Assembly (NCBI GenBank): GCA_030599585.1
Contig: JAUVNS010000008.1
Coordinates: forward strand, 64,001 to 128,000
Origin: Promethearchaeota archaeon
Lineage (GTDB): Archaea > Asgardarchaeota > Lokiarchaeia > Sigyniarchaeales > SOKP01
Direction of reading: 5' to 3'
Length of the DNA: 64,000 bases
Shown: in pieces, positions 20,280 through 30,135 of the stretch
Layout of the letters: the number at the start of each line of letters is the position of its first letter
Position numbering within the stretch: position 1 is the stretch's first letter
Made by a program: the position numbers and the translations under genes
Notes under the pieces: generated by a model
What the model saw: the letters and a program-made list of their open reading frames with translations, nothing else
The model's database searches: none
Told to the model about the DNA's origin: nothing

Positions 20280-20686
20280 TTTTTATTCCTCCGTTAATTA
20301 TTTAAATATGTTTTAAAAATAAATTTGTGTTTAATGTTATATATATGAGTTCTGCTCATATTTAAAGTTAGTTGAAAAAACATCATAGGAGGTTAATATT
20401 TTGGGTGTACCAGCGATCTAAATTAAATTGAAATTTAACATGGTGTACTCAATGATCTTTAGGATTTGTGCATAATCAATGTAAATCATATGCTAGAGTT
20501 GCTACTTATGGAGTATCTTCTAACTTGAAAGTATGAGGGATGTTCAAGCTATTTTAAATTAGAATTAGATCATATGAACTTACTCACCTAATTTTGATTA
20601 GATGGATTTTTCTAATTTTAAAAATTAACAGTTTTAACTATGAATAACGAATCAAAAAGTAGGAAAAATTATTATCAAGCTTTAGT

Positions 20687-21688
20687 ATGAATTTTAAAAA
20701 TTCTGTTCTCACAAGAGCACCTACAAGAATTTGCGACATTGGAGGATGGACAGATACGTGGTTTTATCCAAAAGGAGCTGTATTTAGTTTTTGCGTGGAT
20801 CTCTATAGCTATGTAAGACTTGTTGAAAATAGAAGTAAGACGATAAATATTTTTGCTGAAAACCTTAAACAAAGTGCTGAAATTCTTAATTTAAAGAAAA
20901 TTGAATACAATGGTGTTTTGGATTTATTAAAATCAGCGATTAAAAGAATGAATATAGAAAATGGATTAGATATCTTTGTGAGAGCAGATGCACCACCGGG
21001 ATGTGGAACAGGTACTAGTGCGAGTGTTGCAGTTACTTTAATTTCTGCCCTCGCCACTTATAAACGATTAAATATGGATCAAAACAGTATTGCTGCTTTA
21101 GCGCACAAACTCGAAACTGAAGAACTTGGACTTGAAAGTGGAGTTCAAGATCAGTATTCCGCTGCATTTGGGGGAATTAATTTCATGGAAATTGATTATC
21201 CAGAAGTAACGCTAACCAAAATAGAACTTGATGAGAATCGTATTCTAGAACTTGAAAATCAGTTTATCTTAGTTTATTTTGGATCAAGAAGTTCTAGTCA
21301 GATGCATAATGCTGTTATAAGTAATTATCAAAACCGAGATGAGGCTACAATCAATGCTTTTGAAACCATAAGACAGTGTGCTTATGAAATGAAAGCTTCG
21401 ATTAATTCCGATATAGATGTCATTGGAGATCTTATCAATAGAAATTGGGAAGCTCAGAAATCTCTCCACCCCTTAATGATAAATCCCATAGTAAGTAAAG
21501 CAGAAAAAATTGCTAAGAGTAACGGTGCTATAGGGTTTAAATGTAATGGTGCAGGCGGAGGTGGTTCAGCTACCATTCTAGCTGAATGTGGTCACGAATA
21601 TCAGATTAAAAAAAAATTAATTGAAAACGGTTATACAATATTGCCATGTAAATTCAGTTTTACTGGCGTTAGAAGCTATGATAAGTAG
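20687..21688 (+). CDS. GHMP kinase, HddA-like (heptose-7-phosphate/sugar kinase)
   Basis: RAPTRI...GGWTD, PPGCGTGTS, GVQDQY and GAGGGG motifs. Confidence 0.88.
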   Translation: MNFKNSVLTRAPTRICDIGGWTDTWFYPKGAVFSFCVDLYSYVRLVENRSKTINIFAENLKQSAEILNLKKIEYNGVLDLLKSAIKRMNIENGLDIFVRADAPPGCGTGTSASVAVTLISALATYKRLNMDQNSIAALAHKLETEELGLESGVQDQYSAAFGGINFMEIDYPEVTLTKIELDENRILELENQFILVYFGSRSSSQMHNAVISNYQNRDEATINAFETIRQCAYEMKASINSDIDVIGDLINRNWEAQKSLHPLMINPIVSKAEKIAKSNGAIGFKCNGAGGGGSATILAECGHEYQIKKKLIENGYTILPCKFSFTGVRSYDK

Positions 21689-21804
21689 GGTTTCATTATA
21701 TAAAGAAACTAATTCTACTTTCATTTCTATTTGTTGATCTTTAATTTATATCAGAGAGGATGCAAAAGTTTGAGCTTTTTATAGTTTTAATATAAAAATC
21801 TATC

Positions 21805-22611
21805 ATGGGAATTCCCGATCACTCGGCAATAGTATCGAGGATAAAACAAACGCCTGAAAAATTAAAAATTCACAATTTATTTATTTTCAATAAATCAGGT
21901 ATATGCATTTACGGATTAAACCTTACAAATCTTTACCCTATAGAGCAGGAACAGCTTATTTCTTCTTACTTTACCGCCCTAATGTCGTTTACCAAGGAAT
22001 TGATTGGAGATAAAATCAAAACAGTGGAGATGGGGGGTGAAATAAAGCTCGTCGTGTTTGAAAAAAAAACGCTATTTTACAGTATTCTTTGTAGTACAAT
22101 TGAAAATTTAGAGTTTCTTGAAGAGTTAATTTCCAAAATTGAATCGCAATTTTTGAATTATGTTAAAAAAAATAACATTAGAACGGATTTAGAATATGTT
22201 TACGATGAGCATTTAAACTATCTTATAGAGGATATTATCAAGGAGCCTTTTACCAACAAATTAGATATCGGTAAACAAAAAGAAGTAATAAATTTTCTAA
22301 TCGATTTTAAATCAAATGACGATATCAAAGGTGTTATTCTTCTAACTCATAGAGGAAATGTAATTTACTCATCAATGAATGACAATATATTGAAGCCATT
22401 CTTAAAAGAAGTGGATTTTAGGGTGAAAATATCGAATAATTCTATTTTAAAATTATTTTATACCTCTAAAAATAAGGAGTTAATTTTTTCTGAAAATGTG
22501 AACGATTTGTTTATAGTTATTCTTATTTTTGAAAGTAAAATTAGATTTGGAATAGCTGAGTTTTATTTACAAAAAGTAGTAAGAAAAATCAAGAACTTAA
22601 TTGGAATTTAA
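21805..22611 (+). CDS. Longin-like + roadblock/longin-like two-domain protein
   Basis: IHNLFIFNKSGICIY...LISSYFTALMSF (longin-like) and IKGVILLTHRGNVIYSS (roadblock/longin-like). Confidence 0.65.
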   Translation: MGIPDHSAIVSRIKQTPEKLKIHNLFIFNKSGICIYGLNLTNLYPIEQEQLISSYFTALMSFTKELIGDKIKTVEMGGEIKLVVFEKKTLFYSILCSTIENLEFLEELISKIESQFLNYVKKNNIRTDLEYVYDEHLNYLIEDIIKEPFTNKLDIGKQKEVINFLIDFKSNDDIKGVILLTHRGNVIYSSMNDNILKPFLKEVDFRVKISNNSILKLFYTSKNKELIFSENVNDLFIVILIFESKIRFGIAEFYLQKVVRKIKNLIGI

Positions 22612-22750
22612 CTTATGATAGTGTTAAGGTAATACTATAAAATCTAAAACCTTCGCACTTGAAATGGAGAAACTGTAAACAATGATTCTTTATTATTTAT
22701 AAAATACAAATTAAAATATCTTAATAAATAATAAAATGTAAAAACCTAAA

Positions 22751-23266
22751 GTGAAATTTAACATGACTAAATCAGAAGAGGGATTAAAAACAGCATTTGC
22801 TGGTGAATCCCAAGCCAATCGGAAGTACTTGGCTTTTTCGAAAAAAGCTGAGCAAGAAGGTTTTCCCGGTGTAGCACGCTTATTCCACGCTGCTGCTGCT
22901 GCGGAAACGGTGCATGCACATAATCACCTGCGAGTCTTAAAAGGCATCAAATCAACCGCTGAAAATTTAAAAGAAGCAATTGAAGGGGAATTTTATGAGT
23001 TTACAAAAATGTATCCGGAATTCATAGAATATGCAAAAACTGATGGAAATGAAAGCGCTGAGCGTTCTTTTAATTACGCTAATGATGTCGAAAAAGTACA
23101 CCATGAATTATTCAAAAAAGCATTAGAATTACTAGAAAATGGGAAAGATTTAGATGACAAACCTATGTATGTCTGCGCTGTTTGTGGATATACCCATGAA
23201 GGAGACCCTCCAGATACATGCCCCGTTTGTAATTCTCCTAAAAAAGTTTTTAATAAAATCGTTTAG
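22751..23266 (+). CDS. rbr: Rubrerythrin
   Basis: AFAGESQA, ETVHA and EKVH diiron ligands plus rubredoxin CAVCGY...CPVC. Likely start ATG 22763. Confidence 0.95.
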   Translation: MKFNMTKSEEGLKTAFAGESQANRKYLAFSKKAEQEGFPGVARLFHAAAAAETVHAHNHLRVLKGIKSTAENLKEAIEGEFYEFTKMYPEFIEYAKTDGNESAERSFNYANDVEKVHHELFKKALELLENGKDLDDKPMYVCAVCGYTHEGDPPDTCPVCNSPKKVFNKIV

Positions 23267-23280
23267 AAACTTATTTTTTT

Positions 23281-24864
23281 TTAAATTATCCAAGGTTTAT
23301 AACCATCCTGTATTTTACGGAAATAATCATCAAAAGAGAATCCCAATTCCTTTTCAACCCTTCGCAAAGCTCCCATGGTTGCCCCATTAGCGTAATACCG
23401 TAAGAGCAATTTGGAAATAGAAGAATCACCCAAGGAAATAAGTGTTTGTAATCTCGCAGCATTGATTGTTCTTTTTGTATGTTTAAATTTAATTTTAATG
23501 GAAGAGAGACTTTTTAATTCTTCTTCTAAAGTTTTAAATCTCTGTATTAGAACATTTAGATTTTCAGATAGATAATAATGACACTTATTTTCATAGGGAG
23601 TGTTTAATTTAGGAATGAATGGGTTAATATTTACTTTTAGTTGATTTCCAGTAAATCCTAGCTTTTCAATAGACTTTAAGAGAGTGACTATTCCTAAAAT
23701 GTCGTCATCAGTTTCCCCGGGCAAACCGATTAGAAAATAAAATTTTATATTTCTAATTTTGGACTTGCGAATCATTTCTATAGCGTTCAAAATTGAGTTG
23801 TTTGAAATTTTTTTGTTTAATTCATATCTTAGCGAATCATTTCCTGTCTCAGGAGCTATTGTAATAGTTTTTACACCGCTTCGCTCAAGGATTTGAATAA
23901 TTTGGGGTGTAAGATGTTCGATTCTAATAGAAGGTATACTAAATTTTTTACCAGAATTAAGAATAAACTCACAAATTTCAGAAAATTTTGGATGTGAAGA
24001 GACACATGAGCCTATAAGGCTAAATTTTTCAAAATTTGAATATTTCAACCCATTTTTAATTGATGTAATAATTTCCTTGAAACTTTTATTTCTGAATGGA
24101 TAGTTATGAAAAGAAGATAAACAGAACTTACAGCAAAAAGGGCACCCTCTATTTATTTCAACAAAATAGTTTTCTTCAAAAATTTTTTTGATTTTATCAC
24201 TTTTCGATAATAGTTGGTATGTTGGAGTTGGTGATTGATTCAAATTTTCCAATACTGCACGATTTGTAGGATTATCGATACTTGGGATATAGATACCTTC
24301 AATTTTTGAAACTAAGTTAAAAAAATCTTCAATGGGATAATTTTTAGATTTGAAATCTAAGAATTCATCGAAAAAGAATTTCAGGTTTGGTTCTGCATCT
24401 CCAATAAAAAAAAGATCAAATACTTTGCTCATTGGTAAGGGATTAGATGTTATAGCGGGACCACCGCCTATTACTAGAGGATAAGGTTCTGATTTTTGAG
24501 ATAAATGGTTTAATCGTTTTTCAGATTCCAAAGGAATGTGTGCTTTCTCCAACATCCAGAGGATGTTTTTGAAATTGTTTTCATAATGAACGGAAAATCC
24601 TAAGATATCAAAAGCTGTAGGTAATAACTTAGTTTCAATGCTTCGAATGCGATTGATAGGGGAATAATCGTCAGAAGCGGGATATTTTATATTCTCTGGA
24701 AGGAAAAATCGTTCACACACATAATTTGGATTTGAATTAATCATAAAATAGAGCAATCTAATAGAATAAGAAGACATACCCAGCTGATAAATGTTCGGAT
24801 ATATTAATCCAAACGATAAATCAATTTTTCTCCAATCTTTAATAATTAGATTTTCTTCAAACAT
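23281..24864 (-). CDS. Radical SAM protein with N-terminal B12-binding-like domain
   Basis: YPNIYQLGMSS, GGPAITSNP, EINRGCPFCCKFC (CxxxCxxC), APETG, IGLPGET and PFIPK motifs. Confidence 0.9.
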   Translation of the reverse strand: MFEENLIIKDWRKIDLSFGLIYPNIYQLGMSSYSIRLLYFMINSNPNYVCERFFLPENIKYPASDDYSPINRIRSIETKLLPTAFDILGFSVHYENNFKNILWMLEKAHIPLESEKRLNHLSQKSEPYPLVIGGGPAITSNPLPMSKVFDLFFIGDAEPNLKFFFDEFLDFKSKNYPIEDFFNLVSKIEGIYIPSIDNPTNRAVLENLNQSPTPTYQLLSKSDKIKKIFEENYFVEINRGCPFCCKFCLSSFHNYPFRNKSFKEIITSIKNGLKYSNFEKFSLIGSCVSSHPKFSEICEFILNSGKKFSIPSIRIEHLTPQIIQILERSGVKTITIAPETGNDSLRYELNKKISNNSILNAIEMIRKSKIRNIKFYFLIGLPGETDDDILGIVTLLKSIEKLGFTGNQLKVNINPFIPKLNTPYENKCHYYLSENLNVLIQRFKTLEEELKSLSSIKIKFKHTKRTINAARLQTLISLGDSSISKLLLRYYANGATMGALRRVEKELGFSFDDYFRKIQDGYKPWII

Positions 24865-24909
24865 ACAGAAATTACCATAATTTGTTAGAACTTTGTACGA
24901 TCATGAATC

Positions 24910-25701
24910 TCACTTTAGTTCTTTTAATAATTTCTTAATTTCTTCAACAATTAAAGGTAATACTCTCCCAATTTTATGATTAATCACAACCTCTGCTTTC
25001 TCATCTAAATCTGTTGGCTGATCGTTTACAATTATTAACTTTCCCTTTTCTCTTAAAGTATATAACGGTAAGTCACACACAGGAGCGACTGAAAGAGAGG
25101 ACCCCGTAATTAGCATTACATCTGCCTTCTGAGCTAAAGCTTGAGATTGGTACATCTCGAACCGGGGTAGACCTTCACCGAACAATACAACCGAAGGTTT
25201 GAGGGGAGCAGCGCAAAAGTCACAGATAGGTCCTGTTTTCTTCTCTCTTTTTAATTTTCGATATATTTGTTCTTTCGTATAAGATGCTCTACATCCTAAG
25301 CAGCTAAACCTATTGACACTTCCGTGGACTTCATAAACTATTACAGAACCAGCCTGTTGGTGAAGTTCATCGATATTTTGAGTGATTATCGCTTTCAATA
25401 TGCCCATATCTTCGAGTTCCGCAAGAGCGTAATGTCCTAAATTTGGTTTAGCTTTGAATATATTCGGAGCAATCTTTTGAGCCATTTCCCAAAATTTCTT
25501 GGGATTTCTAAGAAAAGATTTGATGTTTCCATAAATTTCCGGTTTGTATTTTTCCCAAAGACCTCCTTCGCTCCTAAAATCAGGAATTCCAGATTCTGTA
25601 GAGATTCCCGCCCCAGTTAACGCTATTGCTTCTTTTGAATTAAGAAGCAAATTTGCTGCTTGCTGAATTTTCTTTTTTTCAAGTAAATTAATAATTTTCA
25701 T
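24910..25701 (-). CDS. cobB: Sir2/CobB NAD-dependent deacylase
   Basis: GAGISTESGIPDFR, TQNID, HG, zinc Cys pairs and GSSLSV motifs. Confidence 0.95.
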   Translation of the reverse strand: MKIINLLEKKKIQQAANLLLNSKEAIALTGAGISTESGIPDFRSEGGLWEKYKPEIYGNIKSFLRNPKKFWEMAQKIAPNIFKAKPNLGHYALAELEDMGILKAIITQNIDELHQQAGSVIVYEVHGSVNRFSCLGCRASYTKEQIYRKLKREKKTGPICDFCAAPLKPSVVLFGEGLPRFEMYQSQALAQKADVMLITGSSLSVAPVCDLPLYTLREKGKLIIVNDQPTDLDEKAEVVINHKIGRVLPLIVEEIKKLLKELK

Positions 25702-25960
25702 ATACTTTGGTTAAAATTGCTAGATTAGGAATTGAATATCGATACAATACTCTAATGGCTCGATTATTTTTATTATATTTTTAGAAATTATTAAAAGTTA
25801 CTTGTTATAGACGTACAGAAAAACTATAAAATTCCTAAAATTAAAATACGTCTTAAATTTCTTCTATTTAAACTTAATTCGAACAAAAAGAATTAAATTT
25901 TATTTAAATTTAAGTTCTTAAAGGGATATTTTAAGTATTTAACGATTGTCTTTTTAGAAT

Positions 25961-26848
25961 ATGATTACTGGGTTCTCTATAATCTTAGATGATGATGTGT
26001 TATACATTTCAAATGAAAACAAGTATCCAGCATTTGAAATAGTATTATTTGTAAAGAAATTAATAAGTAGTCTTAATCCCAAAAATTTTTGGCGTTTAAC
26101 TAACCTCTATTTCGAAGGAGAGACTGGTAAAGAACGAATGATAATAAAACACATTGTCACTGAGAATGATCAAAACCTTTTTTTTTGTATTACAGGTGAT
26201 TTCCTTTCTAATTCTGAAGAAGTTTCCAAGCTCATGGCAGAATATTACGAAAAAGTTACATTGAACTATAATACGGTAGAATTTATTCAAAAAGCCTCAA
26301 AAAATTCTGAATTTTCCAAAATCATCAAACTCATTACTGCTTATCTTTGGGATAAATATCGAGAGCCATTGGAAGATGAAGATATAGAGTTACAATGTTC
26401 TAATGTGGAAAATAAAATAATTTATTGTGGAATTTCTTCTCAAGGATTACCAATTATTTCACAATTATACGATAAAACACTTCTACACAACTTTCACAGA
26501 GAAATCACAAATGAAAATATAGAATTGCTTAGCTCAAATATTTCTGCTAAATTAGCCACGATAGCTATGAATACTCAAATCAGAGCTAAAACTAACATTA
26601 AGGAAGTTCACTTTGATGATTTAGGGGACAACGGATGCAAAAAACTAATTCTTTATAGTAATATTAACGATTACTCCTTAGATTTCATTGCTTCAGGGGA
26701 TTTTGTTAAAATTAAGGAAATTTTCAAACAATTGGAAGAGAGCTTCTCCAAGGAACAAGTTCTAAAGAACGAATTTATGGGTGATTTAAAACCTTATAGA
26801 TTTTTAAAAACTCATCTCGATGATATGATCCTTCAATTTGATCAATAA
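25961..26848 (+). CDS. Putative tandem longin-like protein
   Basis: Two ~140-aa alpha/beta units; the second begins IIYCGISSQGLPIIS. Confidence 0.5.
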   Translation: MITGFSIILDDDVLYISNENKYPAFEIVLFVKKLISSLNPKNFWRLTNLYFEGETGKERMIIKHIVTENDQNLFFCITGDFLSNSEEVSKLMAEYYEKVTLNYNTVEFIQKASKNSEFSKIIKLITAYLWDKYREPLEDEDIELQCSNVENKIIYCGISSQGLPIISQLYDKTLLHNFHREITNENIELLSSNISAKLATIAMNTQIRAKTNIKEVHFDDLGDNGCKKLILYSNINDYSLDFIASGDFVKIKEIFKQLEESFSKEQVLKNEFMGDLKPYRFLKTHLDDMILQFDQ

Positions 26849-26887
26849 TTCCTAAATTTCTAAATAAAATGTTTCTTTCTTATTCTT

Positions 26888-28177
26888 ATGAAAGCTGTTA
26901 TTTTAGCAGCAGGAAAGGGTACACGGCTTACTCCCATCACATCTCTTAGGCCAAAACCAATGATTCCTATTGGAGGTAAGCCATTATTAGAACATACTAT
27001 ATTAAACTTAAGAGATATAGGAGTTCAGGAAATTTTAATAATCGTTGGATATAAAGAAGAAATTATTAAGAATTATTTTGGTAATGGGTTATCTAAATTC
27101 AATGTTAAGATCGATTATGCTACACAATTAGAACACCTAGGGACTGCTCACGCTTTTGGTTTTGCTAAAGATTTCGTAGGAGACGATGATTTCTTTCTAA
27201 TGTATGGTGATTTATTAGCAGATCCACAAGTATTTAAAGAAGTTCTAGAGATTTATAAGAAAAGTAGCTGCGAAGGATTGATTTCATTATTTGAAGTCGA
27301 TAATCCACAAGAATATGGGATTATCTCCTTAAACAAAGAAGCCTTTGTTGAAAAAATAACTGAAAAACCTTCCGTAGAATTAGATCTCGGGAATCTAGCA
27401 AATGCTGGAATATTCATCTTTAACCCTTTAATATTCAAAGCTATAGAATTGACAGAATTATCAATACGGAATGAATATGAGTTTACTGATTCAATGCAAA
27501 TCTTGATTGACCAGTTAAAAGGAAAGATTAAAGGGTATGTTATAAAAGATTTATTCTGGAGTGATATCGGATTACCTTGGCACCTGTTAGAAGCAAATGA
27601 ATTCATTTTAAAAAGAATAAAACCCTGTGTGGAAGGAAAACTTGAAGAAAATGTAATTGTGTCAGGCAATGTTTTCATCGGAAAAAATACTTTAGTTAAA
27701 TCAGGTTCTTACATCCAAGGACCTTGTCATATCGGCGAAAAATCATTAATTGGTCCAAATGCGTATATACGACCATACACATATATCGGTAATGATTGTC
27801 ACATCGGAATGTCTGAGGTTAAGAATTCGTTAATTTTCTCAAATACCTCTATTCCTCATTTTAATTATATTGGTGATTCAATAATATGTGAAAATGTTAA
27901 TCTCGGTGCTGGTACGAAAATTTCTAACCTAAGATTTGATGGTAAAAGTATTTCAATGATTATCAAGGAAAAATCAATCGATTCAGGGAGGAGAAAATTA
28001 GGTGCTATTATCGGACCAAACTCACAAACGGGAATTAATTCCAGCATAATGTGTGGTAAAATAATAGGACGAGATTCGATAATAGGTGCTAATACGCTTG
28101 TAAATGAAGATATTCCATCAAATACAATATATTACAAAGATGAAAACGGGATAATAAAAAAGCATAGAAAAACATGA
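26888..28177 (+). CDS. glmU: Archaeal bifunctional sugar-1-phosphate nucleotidyl/acetyltransferase (GlmU-like)
   Basis: LAAGKGTRL, PKPM, EKP, hexapeptide repeats, HFNYIGDS and GRRKLGA motifs. Confidence 0.9.
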   Translation: MKAVILAAGKGTRLTPITSLRPKPMIPIGGKPLLEHTILNLRDIGVQEILIIVGYKEEIIKNYFGNGLSKFNVKIDYATQLEHLGTAHAFGFAKDFVGDDDFFLMYGDLLADPQVFKEVLEIYKKSSCEGLISLFEVDNPQEYGIISLNKEAFVEKITEKPSVELDLGNLANAGIFIFNPLIFKAIELTELSIRNEYEFTDSMQILIDQLKGKIKGYVIKDLFWSDIGLPWHLLEANEFILKRIKPCVEGKLEENVIVSGNVFIGKNTLVKSGSYIQGPCHIGEKSLIGPNAYIRPYTYIGNDCHIGMSEVKNSLIFSNTSIPHFNYIGDSIICENVNLGAGTKISNLRFDGKSISMIIKEKSIDSGRRKLGAIIGPNSQTGINSSIMCGKIIGRDSIIGANTLVNEDIPSNTIYYKDENGIIKKHRKT

Positions 28178-28202
28178 TATAATTGGATTTAATAATCCTA
28201 AG

Positions 28203-28934
28203 TTAAGTTTTAGAAAGCTTCCTAACACTTATTCGTTCTGTTCTTTTTATGTCGCTTTTTCGAGATCGCTTGACATCAACTTCGACTACCTCAAAGTCTT
28301 CATCTCTAGCTATGTATTCTGTATCTTCTCCACCCTCTGGAACGCTTACCAATTTACATTTAATGATAGCACAGTTAGATAGGGGATAAATAGTTTTAGC
28401 TATTCTTATGATTTGATTGGTAAATTCTTTATGAATCATTCCAGTAATGAACTTTTCATGGTTTAATGTTTTTGCGAACTCTTTTAAAATTTCTCTCATG
28501 ATTTTACGAATTACAATCTGTTGCGAACTTCGGGCTCGATTTATGGTAGTGCATATAATTGTTAATCTATAGACATATTCATCTTTAGTAGTTAGATTGA
28601 TTATTGTTTGAATTTTAGAGCTTCCTCTTCCGATTAATGATCTAACATAATCGTTTGTATAGGAATGCCCTAAAAACACAGATTGTGCTTGCTTTGCTTC
28701 TTGATTAACTTGGACTACTTTAAATTTCAATTTTAAACTTATATCGTCGTAACGGTTCGTAAAATCATATAATAAGGTTTCAATGGTTCTACCGTTAATG
28801 TTATTTTCCATTCCAATTATTTCGCCAATTGGCTTAAAATTGAAGCTTTTCGGGGCGATGACAGTATACCATTCTTTATCTTTAAATGAAACTCTCCTTA
28901 ATTTTGACTTCTTCTTTTTTACTTTCTGACTCAT
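28203..28934 (-). CDS. rps3ae: 30S ribosomal protein S3Ae (eS1)
   Basis: KEWYTVIAP, GRTIE, DYVRSL and KTIYPL motifs. Confidence 0.95.
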   Translation of the reverse strand: MSQKVKKKKSKLRRVSFKDKEWYTVIAPKSFNFKPIGEIIGMENNINGRTIETLLYDFTNRYDDISLKLKFKVVQVNQEAKQAQSVFLGHSYTNDYVRSLIGRGSSKIQTIINLTTKDEYVYRLTIICTTINRARSSQQIVIRKIMREILKEFAKTLNHEKFITGMIHKEFTNQIIRIAKTIYPLSNCAIIKCKLVSVPEGGEDTEYIARDEDFEVVEVDVKRSRKSDIKRTERISVRKLSKT

Positions 28935-28942
28935 ACCTTATG

Positions 28943-29401
28943 CTACCTCATCACTATTGTCCTAATTTTATCCGGGTCGTACTTAAAATCACTAGCTAGT
29001 AATTTTTTACCCTTGTAATACTTGATAAGTCTATAAATCTTGCTTTCTGTACGTTGTAAACCCAGTTTTGAATGCAAATCTTTATGGTTTGATTCCAAAT
29101 GTTTTCTTAAATTAAGAGCTTTTTTTACTAAATTAGTTAAGTCTTCTGGTAGAGGAGTTTCAATGTCATTTTCTTTAATTATTTGTGAAATTGATTTACC
29201 GGTGACTACTTTCACTAAAGGGATGCCATAAGAATCTCTTAATATTACGCCTATTAGGGATTGAGAAACCCCCTTTCTAGCTAGTTTAATGACTTCGTTT
29301 GATACTTCTTCAGACGAAAGTTCTACCCACACAGGTTTTTCTAATCTAGCTGGGCGTGTACTTCCAGACTTCCCTTTCTTTCTTGAGTGCATTCGAGCCA
29401 T
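28943..29401 (-). CDS. rps15: 30S ribosomal protein S15/S13e (uS15)
   Basis: MARMHSRKKGKSGS, IGVILRD, PEDL and ESKIYRLIKYY motifs. Confidence 0.97.
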   Translation of the reverse strand: MARMHSRKKGKSGSTRPARLEKPVWVELSSEEVSNEVIKLARKGVSQSLIGVILRDSYGIPLVKVVTGKSISQIIKENDIETPLPEDLTNLVKKALNLRKHLESNHKDLHSKLGLQRTESKIYRLIKYYKGKKLLASDFKYDPDKIRTIVMR

Positions 29402-29542
29402 TTTTTGCGTCCTAGTTTATGAATAATTTAATAATAGTAATTTTATTGATGAACAATATAAAGAATCATGTAAATTAAAATTTTTGAATTTAATAATTAA
29501 AACCTTATTAATCTAAATATATCATAGGAAATTATTGTACTT

Positions 29543-30130
29543 ATGAAACAAGAAAAAGAAATAATTTATTTTATTACTGGGAATAATCATAAGTTTAAGG
29601 AAATTAAAAAATTGTTCCAAAAGGAAGAAATAGATTACGATTTAAAGCAGAAAATCGCTGCAACTATTGAAGTTCAAGCATCTAGTATTAAAGAAGTTGC
29701 TCTCTTTAAACTTAATAGTATAAAAACAAATTTTAATAACTCTTATTTTGTTGAGGATGCGGGGTTTTTTATTGATGATCCTCTCAAAGGATTCCCAGGA
29801 GTATATTCCAAGTTTGTATTTAACACCATAGGTAATAATGGTATATTAAAACTCATTAATAATTATGGAAACACTGCTGCTCATTTTGAAGCTGTAATAG
29901 CGCTTTATTTTCAACCATTAGATAAAATTTTTACCTTTGAGGGATCAGTTGAGGGAAAAGTTTCAAAAGAAATTAAAGGTACAAGTGGCTTTGGATATGA
30001 TCCTATTTTTATTCCTAATGAATTGCCTAACAATACTTTTGGTGAATTATCTACGGAAGAAAAAAATTCTATTTCGCACAGAGCGAAAGCTTGGCAAAAA
30101 CTGTTAATTTTTCTCAAGAAGTATCAGTAA
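29543..30130 (+). CDS. rdgB: Non-canonical purine NTP pyrophosphatase (RdgB/HAM1)
   Basis: TGNNHK, EDAG, GFPGVYS, FGYDPIF and SHR motifs. Confidence 0.95.
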   Translation: MKQEKEIIYFITGNNHKFKEIKKLFQKEEIDYDLKQKIAATIEVQASSIKEVALFKLNSIKTNFNNSYFVEDAGFFIDDPLKGFPGVYSKFVFNTIGNNGILKLINNYGNTAAHFEAVIALYFQPLDKIFTFEGSVEGKVSKEIKGTSGFGYDPIFIPNELPNNTFGELSTEEKNSISHRAKAWQKLLIFLKKYQ

Positions 30131-30135
30131 TTATT

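Noticed and set aside
20400-20420. Six-codon ORF (TTG GGT GTA CCA GCG ATC TAA) after an AGGAGGT
   Set aside because: Too short to support from sequence alone and not repeated. It may be part of the regulatory element reported instead.
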